Assembly: GCA_017462035.1 (NCBI GenBank) | Contig: JAFTRY010000007.1 | Coordinates: 81,048 to 145,047, forward strand | Source of the DNA: Clostridia bacterium | GTDB taxonomy: Bacteria > Bacillota > Clostridia > Oscillospirales > CAG-272 | DNA length: 64,000 nucleotides | Direction of reading: 5' to 3' | Shown: positions 57,996 to 64,000 of the stretch, piece by piece | How positions within the stretch are numbered: the stretch's first letter is position 1 | Layout of the letters: every line of letters starts with the position of its first letter | The notes under the pieces: generated by a model | Database searches by the model: none | The model's input: the letters and a program-made list of their open reading frames with translations, nothing else | Told to the model about the DNA's origin: nothing | Program-made: the position numbers and the translations under genes

Positions 57996-58925
57996 GCGAG
58001 ATTCAACTTCCTTCCAATCAAAGAGCCTAAGCCAGAAATCGACAACTGGACGAGAACCACCACAACGAACAAAATCATGATCACCTTTAGCGAAAGCATA
58101 ACTATCGAAGATCAAGCGAAGAATCGACTTGAAATCATGATTCTGGTCAAGCACAAGATTATGAGCTAAGCGATTACGTGTCTGCCACTCGATGCGGAAC
58201 CAGCTATCAGGATCATTATATGGATTAGTCTTTTTATACAAGCCAGAGCTTAAATCAATAAACTGCATCTTTTTATCATAAACTCTAAGCATTTTATCAG
58301 CTTGTGGAGAGCCAAGATAAACAGTTTTCTGACCACCAGTAACAACTCTACAGCCTATAGCTCCATGAGTACTGGCGAGCGGGATCCTACCAGACGGTAG
58401 CATGTTTGAAGCAATATGGTCAAGCATTTGATCGACAAACTCAGGCTTATAGTTAATAAAATCATAAGCCCAGTCAGCACGAGTGAAATGATAGGAGCCA
58501 GAAAGCGGAAGATCAGGCTGCACAAAGCGGTAAGAGTCCATATTGACACCAATAGAACGAAGGTAATCCAAAGCCGATCCGGAGAGCTCAAGCCGAATCT
58601 TAGGAACAATCGTATCAAAAACACCAACGTCAAGATCTACACCGTAGAAATTAAAGCTCGAGGTCTCGATCAAAATACCGTTATAAACAAATTTAAAAAC
58701 TTGATCATATCCCCTACTCTGCTCATAAGCTGTAGCACAAAAATCAGAAACACAATCATCAAGCTTTAGCCACCTAAGAACATGATTTAAGGAGCAATCT
58801 TGAAAAATAGCGGTAAGCCAGTCAAGCTTACAATAAATTTTACCATCATTATCTAATTGATGATAAACAAACGGTTGAGGAACATCATACCTCTGAGTAT
58901 CAATATTAAGCTGTTCAAATTGCAT
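57969..58925 (-). CDS. Rolling-circle replication initiator (Rep_trans / RstA-like)
   Basis: TRADWAYDF, LGSPQADKMLRVYDK and WFRIEWQTRNR resemble the Rep_trans conserved blocks. ATG at 58925 lies 5 nt after GGAGG. Confidence 0.75.
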   Translation of the reverse strand: MQFEQLNIDTQRYDVPQPFVYHQLDNDGKIYCKLDWLTAIFQDCSLNHVLRWLKLDDCVSDFCATAYEQSRGYDQVFKFVYNGILIETSSFNFYGVDLDVGVFDTIVPKIRLELSGSALDYLRSIGVNMDSYRFVQPDLPLSGSYHFTRADWAYDFINYKPEFVDQMLDHIASNMLPSGRIPLASTHGAIGCRVVTGGQKTVYLGSPQADKMLRVYDKKMQFIDLSSGLYKKTNPYNDPDSWFRIEWQTRNRLAHNLVLDQNHDFKSILRLIFDSYAFAKGDHDFVRCGGSRPVVDFWLRLFDWKEVESRIIQNANFV

Positions 58926-58976
58926 AACAACCTCCAATAAAAAGCATTAACAGTAGAAAAAATATACCACACATAT

Positions 58977-59005
58977 ATAATACAACAAATATTTACATAT
59001 GTCAA
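58977..59005 (-). promoter_or_regulatory. Putative promoter for the rep gene
   Basis: On the minus strand, TTGACA - 17 nt - TATTAT. Confidence 0.5.
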
Positions 59006-59065
59006 CATTTTTTTAGAAAATTAACAAGTTTTTTCGGGGGAAATAATAAAACAATAGGTTAAAGC

Positions 59066-59262
59066 AACCGGTTACCCCAGGGGTAACACGGTGATACATA
59101 ACCGTGTTAAAGGAGCCGCCGAGCAAAATCCTGCGGGATTTTGGTCCCGTCGAGGGACGCACCTGGCGGGATGGCTAATACGGGAATAAAAAAAGCCCGC
59201 TTCGAGGGGGGAGAGCAAGCTCTTTCCCCCTCCGAAGCGAGCAACTCCCCCCGGATTGGAAG
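59066..59262. other. GC-rich, hairpin-dense intergenic region (candidate ssDNA origin / packaging signal)
   Basis: Consecutive stem-loops are GTTACCCC-A-GGGGTAAC, AACACGGT-GATACATA-ACCGTGTT, AAAATCC-TGCG-GGATTTT and GTCCC-GTCGA-GGGAC. A long imperfect hairpin GCTTCGAGGGGGGAG...CTTTCCCCCTCCGAAGC follows. Confidence 0.6.
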
Positions 59263-59499
59263 CTAAAAAACAATCTGACGGATCCATTTATAAAGCGTAA
59301 TGCCAACAAACAATGTAAGTCCAGATCCAAGCATAAAAACAAAAAGAGAGATATCAAACAAGCCCCAATCAGGCAAATCGACTACAGCTACGTTCTCTAT
59401 CAAATCTCCAACACTCTGACCAAAAAAATCAAATACACGGTTAGTCAACAAAAGCAGTGATGGAAAAAGATCATTGAAAATGAAATTAACTAGATCCAT
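59263..59499 (-). CDS. Small phage membrane protein (79 aa)
   Basis: ATG at 59499 follows GGAGGT. It has a C-terminal TM segment (ISLFVFMLGSGLTLFVGITLY). Confidence 0.5.
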   Translation of the reverse strand: MDLVNFIFNDLFPSLLLLTNRVFDFFGQSVGDLIENVAVVDLPDWGLFDISLFVFMLGSGLTLFVGITLYKWIRQIVF

Positions 59500-59500
59500 A

Positions 59501-60364
59501 CTAACCTCCTGCAAACCACTTTAAAAACAACGTAACAAGGCTGAAGGCAAAAACAACACCGACAAGATCGCCAAGAGTAAAAAAACCGTCAAAGAAAGAA
59601 ATTGATAGTATATTCCTAAAGAAATCAAAAATCAGGAATGCAAACTCGGTAAACGCTCCAGAAGGTTGGTTTACAGAACCACCTTCAATTACTCCACCGG
59701 AACCGCCACCACCGGGACCGGCTCCGCCGCTCTGAAATATAACAGGTATAAAAATACCCAACCTTTGAGAAATCTGACCATTAACAAAAGGACCACTGAA
59801 GACAGACATATACCATGTATAGAGTGCTTCAATTCCGTAATCATCGGCATACCAGTAATTAGGACCTTGTTCACTACCAAAGTATAAATAAGCGTCAGAT
59901 ACGTAAGTAGTACTATTTAAGGTACCATCGGTATGAAAAAGAACATCTTTAAGACCACCATCACCAATAATATTAAGGTCATTAAGATAACCATAACCCT
60001 CTTGATCATAAGATCGTAGTACAATCTGAATAGTATCATATTCCATTAACGTAGAATTATAACCAAAGCCCTGGCTAAAAGTCATATTTAATACCCAGAA
60101 ACAAACTCCATTACCATCCGCGTCTCGATCATCACGTAATATTTGAATAGGATAAGAAAGACTAATTGTCTCATAATAGATCTCATCCACACTCATGTAC
60201 ATAGAAAATTGCCCTTGAATATAACCAGTTACCGGTGACCAATAACCAGATCGGCTACTATCACCATGCTGATAAATAGGATCATAATTGGCTGCGCCAA
60301 CAGAAACCAGAAAAAAACAACCGGCAAGGACTACAGAAAGTAAAATTAAAATAAATCTTTTCAT
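59501..60364 (-). CDS. Secreted/lipobox protein with Gly-rich linker and C-terminal TM anchor (pIII-like adsorption protein candidate)
   Basis: Signal peptide with LAGC, the linker GGAGPGGGGSGGVIEGGS, and C-terminal VGVVFAFSLVTLFLKWF. ATGA overlap with the upstream ATPase gene. Confidence 0.55.
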   Translation of the reverse strand: MKRFILILLSVVLAGCFFLVSVGAANYDPIYQHGDSSRSGYWSPVTGYIQGQFSMYMSVDEIYYETISLSYPIQILRDDRDADGNGVCFWVLNMTFSQGFGYNSTLMEYDTIQIVLRSYDQEGYGYLNDLNIIGDGGLKDVLFHTDGTLNSTTYVSDAYLYFGSEQGPNYWYADDYGIEALYTWYMSVFSGPFVNGQISQRLGIFIPVIFQSGGAGPGGGGSGGVIEGGSVNQPSGAFTEFAFLIFDFFRNILSISFFDGFFTLGDLVGVVFAFSLVTLFLKWFAGG

Positions 60365-61086
60365 GAAATCCCTCCCTCTACAAGTAAGGATTTAAAATAA
60401 CGAGTATCATAATTAGATCTATTTCGATAAAAGAGCCAACGTCCCTCAACAAGCCCATGTTGATTATAAAAATTATCTTTATAAATATCGACCTGAGACT
60501 TTGCTTCTTTTCCTCTTCCCTTCCGGACTCGGCAGGGACGAACACGAGCTTGACAGGTGTCAGCCCGGTCATAAATTATAATACGTTGAATAACAAAACG
60601 ACCATTAAAGAGAACCAAACAACGATCTGCAGTAATATAGAGATCGGATTGCTCACGAAATTTGTCCCAAGCGCGATTTAAATTCTGAACGTTAAGATGA
60701 ACATTACAATTTGCGATCTGGCGGGACAACGCTAAAAAAAGAGGAATAGAAGCATATAACTTATTAAGTTCATTACAATATTGACTAGGAAAGTAGACCC
60801 CAATATCAGTAATATATATATCGGCACCTTCAGGATACGCATAACAAAATTTTTTGACATTACCAGAAATAAGATCTTTATACGTATTGCCTCCCAACAT
60901 AAGACTATTGAAGTCAAGTTTAAAGTATTCAGAGTTAGGACAATTATAATCAATATTGGCTACGTAAGGTTTACGACGCCTGGCGACAACATTTGCCATA
61001 AGCATATCTTTACCGGTTCCACGTTGACCGGTTACACAAACACTACCACGTTCAAAATAACGCTTAATGAGTTTTTTGAAACGCAT
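60361..61086 (-). CDS. Zot/pI-like P-loop assembly ATPase
   Basis: Walker A GQRGTGKD and Walker B-like DIYITDIG. The following region FLALSRQIANCNVHLNVQNLNRAWDKFREQ parallels M13 pI FLHARKLGWDIIFLVQDLSIVDKQAR. Confidence 0.75.
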   Translation of the reverse strand: MRFKKLIKRYFERGSVCVTGQRGTGKDMLMANVVARRRKPYVANIDYNCPNSEYFKLDFNSLMLGGNTYKDLISGNVKKFCYAYPEGADIYITDIGVYFPSQYCNELNKLYASIPLFLALSRQIANCNVHLNVQNLNRAWDKFREQSDLYITADRCLVLFNGRFVIQRIIIYDRADTCQARVRPCRVRKGRGKEAKSQVDIYKDNFYNQHGLVEGRWLFYRNRSNYDTRYFKSLLVEGGIS

Positions 61087-61090
61087 TAGA

Positions 61091-61276
61091 TCACCGCCAA
61101 TCAAACAATGCTTTACAGAACCTTAACACAACGATAAAAGGCAGCACAACCGCGAAAAGAACCGCCATAGTAGACAAGATACAAAGAATCATATCTTCAT
61201 AAGTACCGGCAAGAACAGAACCACCGTAAATAAAATTATTTAACGTTTGATAACAATCAAGATACCAGTTATGCAT
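61091..61276 (-). CDS. Small phage TM protein (61 aa, pVI-like position)
   Basis: Hydrophobic core ILCILSTMAVLFAVVLPFIVVL. It lies immediately upstream of the ATPase gene. Confidence 0.45.
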   Translation of the reverse strand: MHNWYLDCYQTLNNFIYGGSVLAGTYEDMILCILSTMAVLFAVVLPFIVVLRFCKALFDWR

Positions 61277-61285
61277 AAAATCCCC

Positions 61286-61906
61286 CTAAGATCTAAACTG
61301 CAAAAAATCAGAAATTTTACTTACTAAAAGTAAAAATAAGCTAATACCTAAGGCAACAATAGAACAAATTCCAAACAAAGTCAAACTACCGTCAGACCAA
61401 AAAAGGGACACAATATTTACAAGAACAGAACCAATCCATAAAAAGACAGACATAAAAGTAATACCAATATTGGTGAAAACAGTATCCCCCGGCAAAGAAG
61501 AAGAATCGTATACATAACAATTACTCAATAAGTCTTCAAATGGGACATTATCATTTTCACTTTCAGAAAAATTGCAAATTGCTTCAATATCCTCATAAAT
61601 ATAGACGGTATACGAACCATCGGGAACAGTTCCCAAATAATCATCATAATAAATAAACGTATTCCCATCTATCCAAGAAATTTGAACCTGATCTAATTGA
61701 TACGTTACCCCGTCAACAACTATAGCTGCAGATCCGTCAGGAAAATCCCAAGATTGATAAACTTTAGGCCAATCATAACTAAAATACGTAGAGAACGTAT
61801 AAGTGCCACGTTTGAAAGAATGAGTATACTCGGCAGCAGACGTTGCAAAAGAAAAGCTAGAAAAAAGCAATAGCGTGACTAGTAAACAAACAACAACCTT
61901 TTTCAT
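61286..61906 (-). CDS. Secreted protein with a coat-protein-like C-terminal membrane module
   Basis: Signal peptide MKKVVVCLLVTLLLFSSFSFATSA after GGAGG. The C-terminal roughly 55 aa is homologous to the product of the upstream 69-aa gene (61968-62177). Confidence 0.55.
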   Translation of the reverse strand: MKKVVVCLLVTLLLFSSFSFATSAAEYTHSFKRGTYTFSTYFSYDWPKVYQSWDFPDGSAAIVVDGVTYQLDQVQISWIDGNTFIYYDDYLGTVPDGSYTVYIYEDIEAICNFSESENDNVPFEDLLSNCYVYDSSSLPGDTVFTNIGITFMSVFLWIGSVLVNIVSLFWSDGSLTLFGICSIVALGISLFLLLVSKISDFLQFRS

Positions 61907-61967
61907 AAAACCTCCAAAAAGCAAACGGGCTGGAGCTGACAAATATAACAACTCCAGCCCGAGCGCG

Positions 61968-62177
61968 TCAAGATCTGAACTTCAAAAAATTTTGAATCAC
62001 TCCGACAAGCAAGAAGAAGATAGCTATACCAATCGAAATAATAGCCAATACGCCAAAGAACGTCAAACCTGTTTCAGCAATCCAGAACAAGCCAACAACG
62101 CTGGTAAGAGCTTCAATGAGCCAATCAAAAATGGCAGTAAAGACAGCAAGTACAGCAGTTACAATAGAATCAGACAT
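61968..62177 (-). CDS. Major coat protein candidate (69 aa, two hydrophobic helices, basic C-terminus)
   Basis: MSDSIVTAVLAVFTAIFDWL...FFGVLAIISIGIAIFFLLVGVIQNFLKFRS. GGAGG lies upstream. Position is after the ssDNA-binding-protein slot. Confidence 0.5.
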   Translation of the reverse strand: MSDSIVTAVLAVFTAIFDWLIEALTSVVGLFWIAETGLTFFGVLAIISIGIAIFFLLVGVIQNFLKFRS

Positions 62178-62216
62178 AAAAACCTCCTAAATTTATTTAT
62201 CACCTTGCAAGTATGA

Positions 62217-62456
62217 TCAAACAATAAAGCAATAAGTCAAACCATTTTCACCTTTAATAGTCTGCAATTCATAAACAGAGCCAACATTAACATCACCAGA
62301 ACCCTTAAAATAAAGCGTATATATATATACGTTATTGAAATCCACTTTTGAGTCAACATCCTGATCAGTAAGCCTAGCACAATAAAGAATTGAACCAAAC
62401 TTAGAATTATACTTAGCAATCACATAAAACATACTAGACAAATTAGCCATACTCAT
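62217..62456 (-). CDS. Small soluble phage protein (79 aa), candidate ssDNA-binding protein by position only
   Basis: ATG at 62456 follows GGAGG. It is beta-rich with no TM segment. It occupies the gene V position if the element is circularised. Confidence 0.35.
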   Translation of the reverse strand: MSMANLSSMFYVIAKYNSKFGSILYCARLTDQDVDSKVDFNNVYIYTLYFKGSGDVNVGSVYELQTIKGENGLTYCFIV

Positions 62457-62471
62457 AATAACCTCCAACAA

Positions 62472-62819
62472 TTATAATTTAAAAAATAAGCGATCACTCA
62501 ATCGCCACAAGCCGCCGGATGAGTCCTTTGAATTAAACGGTAATTCATATTGTTTAAGCTGATTGAGCTTATTTATAAAAGCTACTTTACGTCGATCATT
62601 AACAGGATCAGGCAAATAAAGCGACTTAAGATATTTATTACAACGATTTTCAGCCTCTTCCCTTCCAAGCAAAGAATACCACAAAATAAAAGAGCGAATC
62701 ATCGTACTTTCAAAGCTTTTTATAAGCTTCTCTTCCGCTGACTCGCACACAACATATTTTGCATTTTGTATAATTAGATATTTGCCGGGATATAGCAATA
62801 ACCACGTTTGCCTTCTCAA
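62472..62819 (-). CDS. Hypothetical phage protein (115 aa, TTG start)
   Basis: First ORF downstream of the strong promoter at 62842-62870. The RBS is weak and I recognise no family. Confidence 0.4.
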   Translation of the reverse strand: MRRQTWLLLYPGKYLIIQNAKYVVCESAEEKLIKSFESTMIRSFILWYSLLGREEAENRCNKYLKSLYLPDPVNDRRKVAFINKLNQLKQYELPFNSKDSSGGLWRLSDRLFFKL

Positions 62820-62841
62820 TTTTTTCTTCTAGTATTTTATA

Positions 62842-62870
62842 ATTTTATCATATTTCACGTCATATGTCAA
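62842..62870 (-). promoter_or_regulatory. Strong sigma-A-type promoter driving the phage structural operon
   Basis: On the minus strand, TTGACA - 17 nt - TAAAAT. Confidence 0.55.
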
Positions 62871-62932
62871 GACAAAGCGCCCGATAAACTATCCCTCAAA
62901 AAAAGATTTCCGGTTTATTTTTTCAAAACCTA

Positions 62933-62961
62933 TTGATTATTTCTAAAATTCTTGGTATAAT
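62933..62961 (+). promoter_or_regulatory. Promoter of the downstream host gene; it also resembles the left-border palindrome
   Basis: TTGATT - 17 nt - TATAAT. Confidence 0.5.
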
Positions 62962-62997
62962 GAAGACATGAAAAAATATGCCATCTGGAGGTTTATC

Positions 62998-63432
62998 ATG
63001 GCACTGAAAATGAGATTTCTGTACTTCTCCAAAAAAGGAAAAATGAAAGCAATGGCAGAGGCAGTAAAGGCTGAATTTGATCTTGCCCAAAACTTTAATG
63101 CTATTGACATCATCCCACCCGCCTATTCCTGCGAAAACGAGCGCTTGGTGATCCTCGCTGTTTCCGGCAAGGGCGAACCTGATGATATTCTACGTCGTTT
63201 CTGCTCCGAGCTGAACAAGAAAAAGGCACAAAATGTTGCTTTGCTGATAGACGGTGACGAAAAGCTCGGTAACCGGTTGTTGGAGGTTTTAAAGGAAACC
63301 GGCACCAATGTAATGCAGAACGTAAAGTACATCAAAATCGGTGGACTTCCCTTCTTGGGCGGTAAGCTCACCGACGATGAAAGAAAGGATTTGGTTGCCT
63401 GGATTCAGGATATCATCAACAATATCCAGTAA
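62998..63432 (+). CDS. Hypothetical protein (possibly flavodoxin-like fold)
   Basis: ATG at 62998 follows GGAGG. The N-terminus RFLYFSKKGKMKAMAEAV is reminiscent of flavodoxin-like proteins, but this is weak. Confidence 0.45.
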   Translation: MALKMRFLYFSKKGKMKAMAEAVKAEFDLAQNFNAIDIIPPAYSCENERLVILAVSGKGEPDDILRRFCSELNKKKAQNVALLIDGDEKLGNRLLEVLKETGTNVMQNVKYIKIGGLPFLGGKLTDDERKDLVAWIQDIINNIQ

Positions 63433-63625
63433 AATCCCGTTAAACAAAACCATTACTAAAAAGAGCGATTGTCGACGCAAGGACAACTCGCTCTTTTTAT
63501 CTGCTTTTTTTATAAAAAAATACAGTCAGAAGCTCTATTTTTTATTTAAAAAAACATTGTTTTTCTCCCTTGAATATGGTATAATAAATGATGTATATTT
63601 TTCTTAAAAGAGGATGAACTGTAGT

Positions 63626-64000
63626 ATGAAATATTTAGTTTTGATTCCGGACGGAATGGCTGATGAGCCGCTGAAAGAGTTGGGTGATTTAACTCCCATG
63701 CAAAAGGCAAATAAAACCTGCATGGATTTCCTCGCAAAAGATGCCTTAGTGGGAACGGTTTCCAATGTTCCGGACGGTATGGTCCCTGAAAGCGATACCG
63801 CCAATATGGCAATTCTCTCTTTCGATCCCAAGATATACTCCAAGGGACGCTCGCCTTTGGAAGCAGTCAGCATGGGAATCGAAATGCAGCCGGACGAAAC
63901 CGCCTACCGTTGCAATGTGGTAACCCTTTCCGAGGAGGAGGCCGCATACGAAGATCGGATTATTTTGGATCACAGCGCCGATGAGATTACCACCGAGGAA
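63626..64000 (+). CDS. apgM: Cofactor-independent phosphoglycerate mutase, archaeal/ApgM type (3'-truncated by window edge)
   Basis: MKYLVLIPDGMADEP...PMQKANKTCMDFLA..G.V.NVP.GM.PESDTANMAILSFDP is the characteristic ApgM/metalloenzyme N-terminus. The ORF is open to base 64000 and is not in the supplied track. Confidence 0.8.
   Translation, partial: MKYLVLIPDGMADEPLKELGDLTPMQKANKTCMDFLAKDALVGTVSNVPDGMVPESDTANMAILSFDPKIYSKGRSPLEAVSMGIEMQPDETAYRCNVVTLSEEEAAYEDRIILDHSADEITTEE

Larger units (their letters stand above)
57968..62962 (-). mobile_element. Integrated inovirus-like (filamentous ssDNA phage) element, about 5 kb
   Basis: Nine co-oriented, tightly packed minus-strand ORFs in AT-richer DNA. 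They include a Rep_trans initiator, a Zot/pI-like ATPase, several small TM proteins and two anchored secreted proteins. There are no capsid, terminase, tail, secretin or integrase genes. A structured intergenic region is present. Borders are approximate. Confidence 0.7.

Noticed and set aside
59072-59357. Small minus-strand ORFs (71 and 60 aa) within the phage intergenic region.
   Set aside because: They run through the GC-rich hairpin cluster, have no RBS, and give Gly/Pro/Arg-rich translations. The region is better explained as structured noncoding DNA.

Overview
This 64 kb window is chromosomal DNA from a spore-forming Firmicute (Clostridia-like). All calls were made by eye from the ORF track and the raw sequence, with no database search.

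The backbone is housekeeping and sporulation genes:
- Long-form SRP RNA, then dnaX, ybaB and recR.
- gpmI, and an oligopeptide-type ABC substrate-binding lipoprotein.
- gpr and spoIIP.
- ylxM, ffh, rpsP and a KH-domain protein.
- dnaE, a class A PBP, and two MsbA-like ABC exporters.
- A spoVB-like flippase, rubredoxin, polA, xpt, pdaA plus a second CE4 deacetylase, proC, a TrmH-family methyltransferase, spoIIID, and a 3'-truncated apgM-type mutase.
- Three tRNAs: Val-CAC, Leu-CAA and Val-GAC.

A ten-gene plus-strand locus (39.8-48.1 kb) encodes a HydABC-type [FeFe] hydrogenase. It sits behind a sensory module of DRTGG, RsbW-like kinase, HydS-like sensory hydrogenase, DRTGG and PHP phosphoesterase.

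Accessory or unusual content:
1. An approximately 5 kb inovirus-like (filamentous ssDNA phage) prophage at about 57.97-62.96 kb. It has no integrase, a dif-sized 28-bp palindrome at one border, and a GC-rich hairpin-dense intergenic region.
2. An orphan three-gene operon of HPr-kinase-like, PqqD (RRE) and S24 peptidase genes (49.7-51.2 kb), with no visible precursor or maturase.
3. Three roughly 101-bp tRNA-derived tandem repeats downstream of tRNA-Val(CAC).
4. A compositionally distinct island of three oxidoreductases plus an HTH-TPR regulator (30.0-34.7 kb), bracketed by two copies of a tRNA-promoter-like segment.
5. Non-canonical H-cluster P1 motifs in both hydrogenase-family proteins.
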